Source: the human T2T-CHM13v2.0 reference genome, Homo sapiens
Length of the DNA: 64,000 bases
Direction: 5' to 3'
NCBI GenBank assembly: GCA_009914755.4
Contig: CP068257.2
Location: forward strand, 43,296,001 to 43,360,000
A program made the position numbers and the translations under genes. Under the pieces are notes generated by a model. That model did not search any database. It was not told where the DNA came from and saw only the letters and a list, made by a program, of their open reading frames with translations. Positions within the stretch are counted from its first letter, which is position 1. Every line of letters begins with the position of its first letter. Positions 12,921-24,883 of the stretch are shown here, piece after piece.

Positions 12921-13233
12921 CGGACATCCGGGGAGCTGGTCATGCAGCATCGGGCGATCGGGCATCCGGGGAGGTGGTCGTGGAGCATCGGGCGGTCCGG
13001 GAATCTGGTCGTGGAGCATCGGGCGGTCCGGGGAGCTGGTCGTGAAGCATCGGGCGGTCCGGGGAGCTGGTCGTGGAGCATCGGGCGGTCCGGGGAGCTG
13101 GTCGTGGAGCATCGGGCGTCCGGGGAGCTGGTCGTGGAGCATCGGGCGTCCGGGGAGCTGGTCATGCAGCATCGGGCGGTCCGGGGAGCTGGTCGTGGAG
13201 CACCGGGCGTCTGGGGAGCTGGTCATGGAGCAC
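12921..13233. repeat. GC-rich minisatellite, 31-bp unit x~10 (catcgggcggtccggggagctggtcgtggag)
   Basis: Ten consecutive units with point variants (cgtggag / catgcag / cgtgaag; gggcggtcc / gggcgtcc). All three forward frames stay open across it, which explains ORFs 12793..13239, 12942..13253 and 13073..13687. Confidence 0.9.
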
Positions 13234-14884
13234 GCTTAGAATTGGATTTCTAGTTCTGTGTTCCTTCATACCAGAAAACGAGCCCACCTGTTTTCAGACA
13301 GGCACTTGGGACTCAAGCTCAGAGACACAGGCAGGGTGGGGCAAGGCCTGGTATGGACTCAGAGCCGGGTGGGGCTGGGGGCCCCTGGAGCAGAGGATGT
13401 TGGGAGGCCTGTCACCATTGCTGGAGAGGGAGCTCACAGCATGGTGGACGGCTTGGGGGCGGTGGGGGCATGAGAGGCGCCGGTGGTGGTACAGGATTTT
13501 GGGGGTGTTGCTTTTCTGGCCAGATACCTGTGGCCGGTGGCACCTTTGCTTGAGTTTTGTCCAGGCCCACTGGGCTCATTTCACCTACTTGGCCTGGCAG
13601 GCTGAGCTCAGCTCATGCTACTGGCCTGGATCTCATGCCTCCAAGGGAGACTGGAGTCAGGCGTGGAGCGGTGAAGTGTGTGTGTGAGCAAGTGTGGGGT
13701 CCGGCCATTGCAGGCCAGCGCCAGGCCACCCTCAGCCCCCGCCTTGGCTTCCTCCCAGAGCTTGTTGATGCCCAAGGTCCAGAGGGGGCCAAGGTGGCAG
13801 GGCCTGAGTGTGTGCACACCCGGCCGGGCTCTGACAGCACCTGGGCTCAGCCCCAACCCCCCTTTGAGATTGGAGTGGGCGTTGGAAGCAGGGAGAGGCC
13901 AGGCAGCAAGAGCAGGCATCTCTGAGTCTGCAAGGGTAAGAGTGCAGAGAGGCCAGGGTCCCGAGCCCCGACTTGGCTGCTGCTTGCTCCCGCTCCTGCT
14001 GGCTCTGTGGAGCATGCAGCCCTGGCTCCCCCTCGCACGGTTTGTGGCCTTGCCCGGGGGCTGCTCCTGATCAGGGAGTGGATTGTGGGCCCTGGGCCCT
14101 GGGCCCGGCTGTCAGGAGTGTCGGGCCTGGCAGTCACACCGATGTGGGGTGGATCCTAGGGATGCAGCCCAGGCGGCCCTGCACCATAGCCTCCTCCAGA
14201 GGAACCCAGCACCCTCGGCCGGGTGGACACAGGGACCACACTGCTGTCCGGGTCCCCAAAGCGCGGCCCCAGCTCCGCCTACCCCCCAGAACCCTCTGTG
14301 CAGCAGCAGCAGGCCAGAGCGCACCATGGAGCCAGGCTCTGAAGCCACAGAGGCCTACTCTTAGACGCCGGGCACAGGGCACCCACCGCCGCCATTGCTG
14401 CTCCGGCAGCCACTCCTGCCGCTTCTGCCTGCGCCTTCCGGCTGTGTACGACCTGCTGCTGCTGTCAGTGGAACACGTCTGCGTCTGCAGGCGTGTTGGA
14501 CTGGGTGACGAGGCCACCAGGCTGTGGTGCAAGGACATCCCAAGCTCCTGCACCCAGCCCTTGGGCAGGGCTGGCTCTCCCGGTCAGCACAGAGCGCTGC
14601 CCAGGTGATTGTACCTGCTTAGACCCCACTCCACCCCCAGGCACCTGCGGTGGAGGGACCTGCGGTGGAGGGCGCGACCTTGGCTTCCTGGCCGTCCCTC
14701 TGCCCTGGTGATCTGGCCAGCAGAGGGCAGCAGAGCTGTGTCCTTGTCAGGTCAGCCCAGGTGTGGGACAGTCCCGGGATAGAGACGCAGGCTCTCCCTC
14801 CTGCCTTGCACAGCGGAGACTTGGGAAGTCCCAGCTCCTCATCAGACAGTACAGACTCTGGGGTTACAGGGTTGTCTTCAGGGA

Positions 14885-15032
14885 TTTTTTTTTTTTTTAA
14901 AATAACTGGAAAATGGCAGAAAATGAGCCTTGCCCCACCCTGCCTGTGTCTCTGGGCTTGAGTCCCAGGTGCCTGCCTGAAAACAGAATGAGCTCATTTT
15001 CTGCTATTTTCCAGTATCTCAAAAAAAAAAAA
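14885..15032. repeat. Inverted repeat / long hairpin-capable palindrome: T14-AAAATAACTGGAAAATGGCAGAAAATGAGC ... 63-bp spacer ... GCTCATTTTCTGCTATTTTCCAGTATCTC-A12
   Basis: The left arm 14885-14928 and right arm 14992-15032 are reverse complements. The 21-nt core has one mismatch, and the poly-T and poly-A are complementary. Confidence 0.8.
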
Positions 15033-15665
15033 TCCCTTTTTTAAGACCTTTTTTTACAGTTGTGAAGTCAAGGGTATGACAGAAACCATGCAGAATGTAC
15101 TTGTTGCTTATATCTACTCCCAAGTTAAAATAAGAACAAACTGACGGGGAGGTTACATGGAGATGGCTCTGTGGAAGCGAGGCTTGGGGTCAGATGGCCT
15201 CGGCTTGGCCGCAGCTCCCTGTGCGTCACCTGCCTTGGCTGCGTGGTGCGGCGGCTGGGAGTGGTGCGCCTTCTTACCTGCGCTCCTGCGGAGAGTGTGG
15301 CCGTGCCAGCCGGTATGTTGGGAGCCCAATGACTTGTTTCTTAAGCCAGGCATCCTTGTGAGCCACATGTTGTTGAGACGCTAGACCAGGGGTCGGAGGT
15401 GTGGCCTATGCCAGTCCGGCTGGGAGCGTGGCCCTGTTGGTGGCGCTTCTCAGGCCCACGGTCACGCAGTCACATGGTGCCATGCTGAGGCATTTGACTT
15501 GGACCAGACATAGTGCTGTTTCCTCCCATCTTAGTGGGAGTCAGGAGCCAGCCAGGGCCTCTGGGGTTCTAGCCTCCTGCACCTCCTTGCCGGCGTCCTC
15601 AGGGTTTCTGCGATCAGCTCCTTCATCTGCGAAAGGGGGGTGTCGGGGGGCTGCTGTAGAACTGC

Positions 15666-15977
15666 TGTGGGTTTATCCTCATAGAACTTTGAGCACAGAG
15701 ACTGGCCCAGGCGGGTGTGGGCTGCACCTGTGCCTGAGGATCACGGTGACTCCACCTGGTCCCTGTCCTGGAGCACGTGGCGGCGACTGGGTACACGTGT
15801 CGTGGGCACAGTGCAGCAGGCTAAGCTTTCATCGGATTAAAGTCGCCGGTTTGATTTAAAGGCCTTAAAAATGGTTTAAACACACAGCAGCAGCAGAACA
15901 CACAGGAGAAGATTCCTCTGGGCTTGGCCAGCCTCTTCTGTGCCTGTGTCTCATGGCCTGGCTCCTGTTCACTCAGG
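15666..15977 (+). repeat. Copy 1 of a ~312-bp low-copy direct repeat (copy 2 at 16658-16980); copies differ at about 1 position
   Basis: tgtgggtttatcctcatagaactttgagcacagagactggcccaggcgggtgtgggctgcacctgtgcctgaggatcacggtgactccacc ... gtctcatggcctggctcctgttcactcagg is present twice, 992 bp apart. It is not Alu, L1 or SVA-like. Confidence 0.9.
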
Positions 15978-16657
15978 TTGAGATGAAACCGTGGCTGCTG
16001 CCATACTGGGCGCAGAGGAGGCTCCCATCTCCTGGTGGCGCTGAAGCCCACAGCCATCCAAGGGACCAACATCTTGCAGCATCGCGCAGGGAGGTAGGAG
16101 AGAGGCAGGGAAAGTGGGCATGGATGGCCCTGGCTTGCTGCACAGCCTGGGAGGAAGCAGGGGGACAGGCTGTGGATGTGGCCCTTGCCGGTCCTGTTCA
16201 AGTCCCAGCTCTACCATCTGGATCCAGGGGCTGAGTCCTCAGCGCACGGGGCGAACGGCCGCGTCTTTGCCCACCGTGCCTCACTCACTGTCATGCCTGT
16301 GGCTGAGACTTGAAGGTTAGGGATCAACTTTTACCTAAAATTACTTCTGTAGAAAATAACATTTCATGATTGAGAAAGCAGCGCGTATGCACACATTGCA
16401 GAATAGACAAATACGCAACATTGGGAGATAAAAGCCAGGCCCTGCCCCCGGAGCCGCCCGAGCGCGCTGTGTGGGCACCATCTCTCACTGCCCGAGGGCA
16501 CTGTGTGGGCACCATCTCTCGCCTACAGGTGTTCTCGCCCAGGCCTGCTGCACGTGCCAATCACTAACCGGGGCGGGGCATCTCAGGAAAGGCCCTTAGC
16601 TAGCAGTGTCTTCAGGAGCCCTTGCTGCTCTTTGTCCGAGCAGGGTTCGCCCGTCGT

Positions 16658-16980
16658 GTGTGGGTTTATCCTCATAGAACTTTGAGCACAGAGACTGGCC
16701 CAGGCGGGTGTGGGCTGCACCTGTGCCTGAGGATCACGGTGACTCCACCTGGTCCCTGTCCTGGAGCACGTGGCGGCGACTGGGTACACGTGTCGTGGGC
16801 ACAGTGCAGCAGGCTAAGCCTTCATCGGATTAAAGTCGCCGGTTTGATTTAAAGGCCTTAAAAATGGTTTAAACACACAGCAGCAGCAGAACACACAGGA
16901 GAAGATTCCTCTGGGCTTGGCCAGCCTCTTCTGTGCCTGTGTCTCATGGCCTGGCTCCTGTTCACTCAGGTTCACTCAGG
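16658..16980 (+). repeat. Copy 2 of the ~312-bp direct repeat, with its terminal 10 bp (ttcactcagg) additionally duplicated
   Basis: Same sequence as 15666-15977 with a single visible substitution (gctaagcTttc vs gctaagcCttc). Confidence 0.9.
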
Positions 16981-17350
16981 CCTTTGTGGGCCGTGCAAGT
17001 CTGGATCTCACCGGCTTGCCGAGGTCCCTGGGCCGCTGTCTTGGGCTTGCGCTGCTCGCCCCCGGGAAGCTCAGCCACTGCCTTTTTCTATTTGCCAGAC
17101 AGCAATCGGCAGCTTCCCTGGCCACTCAGGGAGTGACTCCTCCTCATCAGAGCTGTCTGCTGTCAGGGCTGATGTTTAAGTTGTTTCTGGAACTTTCACA
17201 TCAGAGTGTGTGGCCTGATCACCTTGGGCCTGGCCTGGGGATTCCCGGGGCCGCCTTCCATCACCAGAAGGTTGGCCCCAGGGCCCTCCTTCTCCCCTGC
17301 AGGTCTGGCCCCAGCTGCTTCAGGACCGCCCTCCCATGGGGGATGCTGTG

Positions 17351-17454
17351 CCCAGCAGAGGTCTTTTGGCCGAGTGGACAGTTGGGGTTATGTGGCCCCA
17401 CGCCCAGCAGAGGTCTTTTGGCTGGGTGGACAGTTGGGGTTGTGTGGCCCCACG
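17351..17454. repeat. Tandem duplication, 52-bp unit x2 (cccagcagaggtcttttggcYgRgtggacagttggggttRtgtggccccacg)
   Basis: Two adjacent copies with 3 mismatches. Confidence 0.85.
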
Positions 17455-18219
17455 GGACCCTCCCTCGTTTGGGGTGCTGCTATGTGGGTGTCCGTGTCAT
17501 GTGCTCCGGGCGCCCCCCTGCCTAGGAGACGGCGGGGCAGTGTCTGAGCATGTGGGTTGCTATTTCTGAACCTGGCACTTGGAGCTCGGTGGCTGGAGCT
17601 ATTTAAGGTTCTTGACATGTTCGGTTGGTGGGGCCTGGCTGGCAGCATCCTGCTGAGGCCATCTGCACGTCACTGTCCTCATCGACAGCTGGGGTGGGAG
17701 GGCAGCTGAGTGTTTTCAAATGGAAACTTAGGGGTGAGCAGGGAAGGGCTGGGGCCCCAGGTGCCACTGTATTCTGGGTGTGGCACTCATTCTGACTTGC
17801 AGGTGCCATCCTGAGACTAGGAGGTCCCCAGGGCCCTGCCTCTGGCAGCCTCCCCCTTGGCATCCCACCTGGTGTGTTTTCCAGACCCCGCCTGGCAAGG
17901 CCCAGGCCGAGCCTGTGCAGCAGGCTCTCCTCATTCACTCCTCAGACACTACTCCTCATGGGAGGTGGCAGCGAGTGCCCCCCGGCTACAGGGCTATCCC
18001 TTCCTCTGTGGGCGCGTGGCCGGCCTGTCATGTTCAGGGGCCCTGGGCACTGTGGTTTTCTGATGTGTGCTTGTCTGAGGTGTAGGCAGGTCGTGGAGGC
18101 TGTCTTGCGAGGTTCCCTAGGTGGGGCCCCCAGACTAGCTGAACCCACCAAGAGCTGCGAGTGGCTGTACCTCCCAGAGCAGGACGCCTCTAGGTGAGCA
18201 GCACAGCCACTCCCTCGGG

Positions 18220-18372
18220 CACCATCCCCGGCGGTGGGGCCCTGCGTCCGGGCCTCGGGAGCCTGTCCTGCACCATCCCCGGCGGTGGGGCCCTGCATCC
18301 GGGCCTCGGGAGCCTGTCCTGCACCATCCCCGGCGGTGGGGCCCTGCATCCGGGCCTCGGGAGCCTGTCCTG
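18220..18372. repeat. Minisatellite, 51-bp unit x3 (caccatccccggcggtggggccctgcRtccgggcctcgggagcctgtcctg)
   Basis: Three head-to-tail copies. The period is 17 codons, which explains the repetitive ORFs 18194..18433(+) and 18135..18455(-). Confidence 0.9.
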
Positions 18373-18491
18373 TGTTGACTTAGGACTGAAGCAGTTCTCT
18401 GGGGCTTCTTCCTTTCCAGGTGGGATGGGGTAGTTTGGGCAGATGCTGAGGACACAGGCCAGGTGTGGCTCAGGAGGCCAGGAGTGCCCTC

Positions 18492-18643
18492 TGGCCCCGC
18501 AGCCTGGGTTCCTCAGTGCAGTAGCGTGACCTTGGCGCTCTGCATTCAGCGTCCCTGGGTCGTGCCACCCCCCGGGGAGCTCTTGGCCATGACTGCTCTT
18601 CCCTGCGGTGCTGCTGGTACTTTCCTCGCTGCAAACCTCGGCC
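18492..18643 (+). repeat. Copy A of a ~150-bp diverged dispersed repeat (copy B at 19395-19545, ~85-90% identical)
   Basis: ggccccgcagcctgggttcctcagtgcagtagcgtgaccttggcgctctgc...ctgctcttccctgcggtgctgctggtactttcctcgctgcaaacctcgg versus ggccctgcagcctgggctcctcagcacagtagcgtcaccttggtgctctgc...ctgctcttccctgcggtgctgctggtactttcctcgccacaaacctcgg. Confidence 0.8.
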
Positions 18644-19394
18644 GCACCCCAAGGCCTTGCTGAAGCCCTCAGTCCCAGTAGCTGTTGATCCTTTGGCATT
18701 TTCTGCATCATGACCATGCCATGTATGGGGACGGCGGTGGTTCTGTCTCTTGCTTCTCCATTCTTAGGCCTTTGACGTGTTTCTCTTGCCTTGTTACCCT
18801 GGCTGGGAGCTCACAGGACAGCAAGAAGCCACGCTGCTCCCGGGGCACATGCTACATCCACCATTGGCTGCACTGCCCTTGGGGTTCTGGAGGGTCCTTG
18901 TGGGGTGAGCTAACACTGGGGGTGGGTGTGGAGTGTGCCAGGAGCCTGCTGCTGTGTCTGTGGAGAGAATCCTGTGGGGTTTGGAGTCCACGTTTCTTGT
19001 TTGTATCAGCTCCATGACACTTGCAAGGCCAGATCCCGTGGACTCTGCGTCTTCTGGCCGGTGGGTTGCTGAGGGGAGCAGAGGGGCCGAGCGTTGTGTG
19101 GGTGCCGTGCACAGGCTGTCTCCAGTGCTCCTGGGTACCCTTCTCTCAGGGGCCCCGTCTCCCAGGCCACCTTCTCTCGGGAGGAATGTCGAACCCCTGG
19201 CTGGGGTGGATGGTGTTGGCTGGAGGGTGGGGGCTGCCCGATGCAGCACTTTGGGAGCTCCGGCCGTCGGCAGGTTTGTCTGTGGTTTTGAATGTCCACC
19301 CTCAGGTCCTGGGAGAAGGGAGTCGAGGTGAGCCGTTTGCCTTTCCTCAGGACTGCGGAGGTGGGCACAGGGCCCAGTGGTGGAAACGTCCTCC

Positions 19395-19545
19395 GGCCCT
19401 GCAGCCTGGGCTCCTCAGCACAGTAGCGTCACCTTGGTGCTCTGCGTCTCAGTGTCCCTGGGTAGTGCCACCCCCCAGGCGCTCTTGGCTGTGACTGCTC
19501 TTCCCTGCGGTGCTGCTGGTACTTTCCTCGCCACAAACCTCGGCG
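19395..19545 (+). repeat. Copy B of the ~150-bp diverged dispersed repeat
   Basis: See copy A. The similar peptides in track ORFs 18463..18663 and 19377..19685 reflect this. Confidence 0.8.
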
Positions 19546-19714
19546 GGGGGTGTCTGCCGATGCGGACCCTGGATGGCGGTGCCTGGTTTGTTCCAGTTTT
19601 GTTCCAGGACACTGTCTTTGACCAGGACAATTTGTTACCAATTTTTAAAAAGGTCTTTGGGTTTTTCTTTAAAATGGACACCTAATGACAAACATGTAGT
19701 ATAAAGAAGGAAGA

Positions 19715-20006
19715 GGCCGGGGACGGTGGCTCACACCTGCAGTCCCAGCACTTTGGGAGGCAGAGGCAGGTGGATCACTTGAGGTCAGGAGTTTGAGACC
19801 AGGCTGGCCAACATCATGAAAGACCCCGTCTCTACTAAAAATACAAAAATTAGCTGGGTGTGGTGGTGTGTGCCTGTAATTCCAGCTGCTCCGGAGGCTG
19901 AGGCAGGAGAATGGCTTGGACCCAGAAGGCAGAGATTGCAAGATCGTGCCACTGCGCTCCAGCCTGGGCGACAGAGTGGGACTTTGTCTCAAAAAAAAAA
20001 AAAAAA
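19715..20006 (+). mobile_element. Alu SINE (forward, A16 tail)
   Basis: ggccggggacggtggctcacacctgcagtcccagcactttgggaggcagaggcaggtggatcacttgaggtcaggagtttgagaccaggctggccaac ... gcgctccagcctgggcgacagagtgggactttgtctcaaaaaaaaaaaaaaaa. Confidence 0.95.
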
Positions 20007-20306
20007 GAAGTAAGAAAGCTTGGAAAACAGAGAGAGACAGGGGCCCTCCCGCTTCCCCACTCCTAGTCCCCTGTGCTCCTGCCGCTTCTCCCCGCTGCCG
20101 CGGTGCTGGGCACGTGCACCACCCCCTCACATGCTCGCCCACCAGCGCTCCGAGGGAAAGCTGTGCTTTCTCCAGCTTATTCCTGCAGCACTGCCTCTAC
20201 GTGAAGTTGTGCAAAGTGGCACATGATAGATACCATGAAAAACTCAATGCCAACTACCGTTAAGTGACAGCCTCCCCACTGCAGACTTGGTCTGTCTGCT
20301 CCTTTC

Positions 20307-20468
20307 TTTTTTTTTGTGAGTCAGTGTCTTGCTCTGTCACCCAGGCTGGAGTGCAGTGGTACAATCTGGCCTCACTGCAGCTTCGACCTCCTGGGCTCAC
20401 GCAATCTTCCCTCCCACTTTGGCCTCCTGAGCAGCTGGGACCACAGGCACGTGCTGCTGCTCCCGGCC
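20307..20468 (-). mobile_element. Alu right-arm fragment / free right monomer (reverse)
   Basis: T9 then gtgagtcagtgtcttgctctgtcacccaggctggagtgcagtggtacaatctggcctcactgcagcttcgacctcctgggctcacgcaatcttccctcccactttggcctcctgagcagctgggaccacaggcacgtgctgctgctcccggcc. It stops at the mid-linker. Confidence 0.75.
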
Positions 20469-23400
20469 CCCTCTTTTCTTTACAAGTGTGTGTCTGCCCC
20501 TGCTGCTTCCCTGGGCTGCGTTCTAAGGCAGCCTTACATCACGGCTGCTGAAGTTTTGTTGTCCGATGCACCCAGCTCTATAGGGAGTGTGGGCCATCCT
20601 TGAAAACGGAATAAAGACATTTGTAGATCAAACCACAGCAGTGGAGTTGCTGATCCAGTCTGATGAACGTCTGATACTTCACAGGCGTTACCAGGTTGCC
20701 TACTGCAGACACCGCCGGGAGCAGCACCCAAGTCGGCCTCCGCCTGCGGCCTGTACCTTTGGAGGATATGGACGAGGTGTCTGCTGATGCGGACGCCAGC
20801 CTGCGGTGCCTGCTTTGTAAAATGCGCGGCTTTTCATCAGCAAGGCTACATTCAGCCTTCATCGCTGTGAGCTGCCTATATGTGCCTTTTCCTGTTTTTC
20901 TTTTCGGCTGTTGATTGGTTTGAAAAAGCTATGTAGGAAGGAAGCAATCTCTTGTTAACTGCAGCTGTCTCCCCCTCGTTGGTAGTTCTTTTGAATTTGT
21001 TCATGTTATTTTTTTCTCTGCGGAGGTTTAAAGTTTCTCTGTAGCAAATTCGGTGTTTTCTGTGTCTTTTGTGGCCCCTTTGTGTCCTCTGCAGTGGTTT
21101 TGTAGTAGTGCCTTTTTAATGTATTTAATCCATCAGGACTTTATTTTTGTGTATAGAGTGAGACGGATGATTCCCACTTCATTTTTCCCCAAACGGCCTG
21201 TCCCACGATGCATTTCAGCTTGCATTCACCCAGAAGGCGTGGCGAGAAGAACCTCGGCACCACGAGATGCTGCTGGCATGTGCCGCTTCAGCTGGTGACC
21301 TGGGTGGTGTTGGCAGCATCTGAGTGGCTCTGTAGGCCGCAGCATCTCCCGGCACCCGAGCCCGAGATGAAGCAGCACGTGCCAGCAGCATCGCGTCGTG
21401 TGTTCTGTCCTGAGCCTCATGCAGATCTTTGTGGAGTGAGAATCAAGGCTTGTTGATGGCGTGCACGGAAAAGCCGGTCTCATGCTGATTTTCCTTAGGG
21501 TCCATCAGAACACGTGCCCCGTGAACCGTGTCACCCCACGGCCCAACTCTGGTGAGCCTGGTTCTGTGTCTGCTGACCTGGTGAGGGCTGGGGACCAGGT
21601 GAGTTGCCTGCGGCACAGGCGTGCTGTGTAGCTGCCATGTGTGGCTTCCTCCACTGAGGCTGGTTTACCGCGTCTGTTCCCGGGGCCCCTTTGTTAGAGC
21701 GCAAGAGCCCAGGCAGCACCGTGGCAGCTGGGAAGGCTGTGGTTCTGGCGGGGCGGTTGCCTTGCCCAGTGTACCTGGAATTGCAGCTCCAGAGCACGGG
21801 CCCTGGCTCCTGCGCGGCAGCGTCTCACCTTCCCTTTTCTTGTCAGGGTTTTTAGGCAGCCTGTACCTGCGTGCACCCATCCCTCTCTCTGTGCGGGGCC
21901 ATTCAGCTCATGCTGCAGGTTTTTGCCGGGCCGGCCGGCGTTCCAGGGACCAGAGCCACCCCCAGAGCTCTGTGATGAGTCAGCTCAGGGCAGGTTTCTA
22001 GTCACTCCCCAAGGGCAGGGCTGAGGCGGGGTCTTCCAGAGTCAAGGGTTAGAGGGGCTGTTCCTTGAACGGCCCTTGAGTCCTCCTCAGAGTGCCTCCC
22101 ACTGGGCCAGAGGGGCTGTCCCACACGGTCAGTCCCCACACGCTGCTCGTGAGCCCGGTGCCTCTATGCAGATCGCTCCGTGGCAGCTGCATCCTGGGCT
22201 CCTGAAGACTCAGGCAAGGGCACGGCTTCTCCTCATCCTCCTCCTCTTCATCTCCACCATCCATCTGCCCTGTGCCTTGCAGTCCAGCTCAGATACAGGC
22301 GCTGTGGCAGCCAGGAGCACCCTGGATACCACCGGGTCCCAGGACCCAGATCGCAGGAGCCACCTCATGCCCTGCGGCCTTGTCTTTCACCCTTTGGGCT
22401 TGTTCACTGCCAGTAGCAACAGGTGGCCCCAGAGGGTTCCACCGAGTGTGAGGGGGAGTGGATGGCACCTGCAGCATGTTCCCCCACAGGGAGGCCTGGG
22501 CTCTGTCTTGGGGGGGTCCTGTCTCGGTTTTGTGGGGAATGAGGGTATGAGCACCTCGTCTAGCCTTGCCTCAGCCACTGGCTGGGGTTCTGTGAGGTTC
22601 AGTTTAATGGGGACTTGCCCGTCTCCTGACACCTTTGAGCTGTGGACTGAGCGGGCCAGAAGGAGTGGCAGTGTGTGAGCCGCCCGTGCAGCAGGTGGCC
22701 TAGGATGTGAAGCAGACAGGGCACAGAGGAAGAAGCCTGTCTGCCTAGAGCGGGAAGCCGAGGTCGCAGCCGCCTCTGCCCTTCTGAGTGTGCACCCTTC
22801 TGTAGCCTCAGCTCGGCTGGCCGGCGATTGTATGAAGTCGTTTTTACTGTCAGCTCTGGCTTGGTATTCCTGGTGCCCACTCGGACTTCAGGCCCTGTGT
22901 GAGGAGCTCGGGCTCGGCGGATGACCTGCCTCAGGTGTGGCCCCTGCTGCCGTCACTTTGTCACTAATCAGACGTGTTTGGTGACCTTCCCCTCCCCATA
23001 GCCACTGGGGCTGTAGTGCTGGTGCTGCTGGGATCTGGGTTTGGGGCGAGGCCCAGGACAGTAGCAGCTCCCGACACCCTTGCTTGAGGCCCAGCATCTG
23101 CACTCCCAGCCCGGCCCTCCTCCAAGCTGGCATTTCTGCTGCACCCACGGGACGCTCCTGTGCTTCCGCAGCACCGGCGAGAGCTGTGGTGTGCTGGCCT
23201 TGTCGTAGGTAAGTTTAGAAACCGGAGCAGCTCGAGCGGACTTCACACTGTCCCCACCACAGGGTGGGGTGCGCCCACCTGCCCTGTCCATGTGGCCTTG
23301 GGCCTGCGGGGGAGACGGAATCAGGACCCACAGGGCGAGCCCCCTCCGTAGCCCGCGGCACCAACTGGATCTCAGTGAACACCCGTCAGCCCATCCAGAG

Positions 23401-24883
23401 GCTAGAAGGGGGAGCAGGCGTGAACCTGTGCCGGAGCACTTCAGCAAGGGCGCCTTGGGCCCGGAAAGCGGCGGGAGCTGGGGGTCGTGGGGCCGCCGCC
23501 AGCAGTTCCAGGCGGCCTCTGCTCCAGCTGCAGCATTCCAAGCCCTCTCCTCCTGCAGGAGCAGCGTGTTTGGTTCCTGTTGTCCTGGTGCCATGGCAAT
23601 GGGGCTGGGGAGCTCCCTGGGGCCAGAGCCGGGAAGGGTCACTGTGCTGTGTTCCTGACCTGGCCTGCGCCCAGGCCTCGTTTTCTTCATTCCAACACAA
23701 CACAGGTCACTGTTCGGGTCAGTTTCCACTGGTCTTAGATTCATTTTTCTTTTGAAACAATTTCAAAACTACAGAAAAACTGCAAAATCAGCCCCTCCCC
23801 TTTGTGGTCGGGAGGGAGAGGTTGGGATGCTATGGAGGAAAGTAGGTCAACCCAGGCACACCAGGAAGCTGTGGGAGGGGATTAAATCCTGCGGGAGCCC
23901 TGGGCCTTGGAGGTTTCACACCGGCTCCTGAAGTGAAGTCTGAAATGCAGAGCGCAGCGACTGCCTTTCTCCAGGCAGGGCTTGCTTCTGCTTTGTTTTT
24001 CATTAGACATGGTGGATTTGTTGGACAAGCCAGGAAGGTCTGCATGAATTAAAAGAGATACTGGGAGATGTGTTCTGGGGAGAATGCAGCCGAGGCTGAA
24101 CCGTCTCGGGAAATCAGTTAAGGCCGAGGAAATGGGGGTGCCCTTGAGTCCACTCTGTTTCAGAGCAAACTGGAGTCAGAGACGCAGCACCCAGTGCCCT
24201 CTCCACCTGTCCCCACCTGCACGGCCCTGCAGGCTCATCCCACCCCTGCCCCTGTCCCCCCAGCAAATGAGCCTCCTTTCCCCGCCCACCGGGCAGGTGG
24301 CTGGGCTCCGCGTGGACCAAGCACAGGGGCACCTGTGGAGTTCACTTTTGGAGGCTCCCTGAGAGGGCCGCTTTGTGGGGTCCAGGGATGAAGCCTCTGG
24401 TCACCGAGCACATTGTCGGGCCTGGCAGGGGGCAGGGAGCACGTACGTCGCTGGGCCTGACGTGACCACACAGGATCTTGGGGATGTCCCCCTAAGGGCC
24501 TCTGTCCTGTTCGTGGCCCCCTTCATGAGCCGTCGGGCATTCCTGCATGGCTTCACTGCAATGACTGCCCTGACAGTCATTCGGGGCATGAGTGGGGAGG
24601 AGGCCTCCTTGTTGGGACACCTGCTTTCCGGGGCAGGCTGGGGTGAGTGGCCAGGCCATCACTGCGGGGGGACGCTGCTGAGAGAGCCTCCTGAGGCCGG
24701 GCCGAGGCATGCTGCAGGTGCCCCTGGTGCTGTCCAGAGCCGGGAGTCTGAGAGGCTGGCACAGGCCAGACCAGTTGCAGTGACTGTGGCAGCTCTGCAG
24801 TCAGGACCCGCCCCAGCCCATTCTCAGGTCATGGGAGTGCCACCTGGACACGTTTTGCTCACTCCCGTGTTCTCTTTCCTCAG

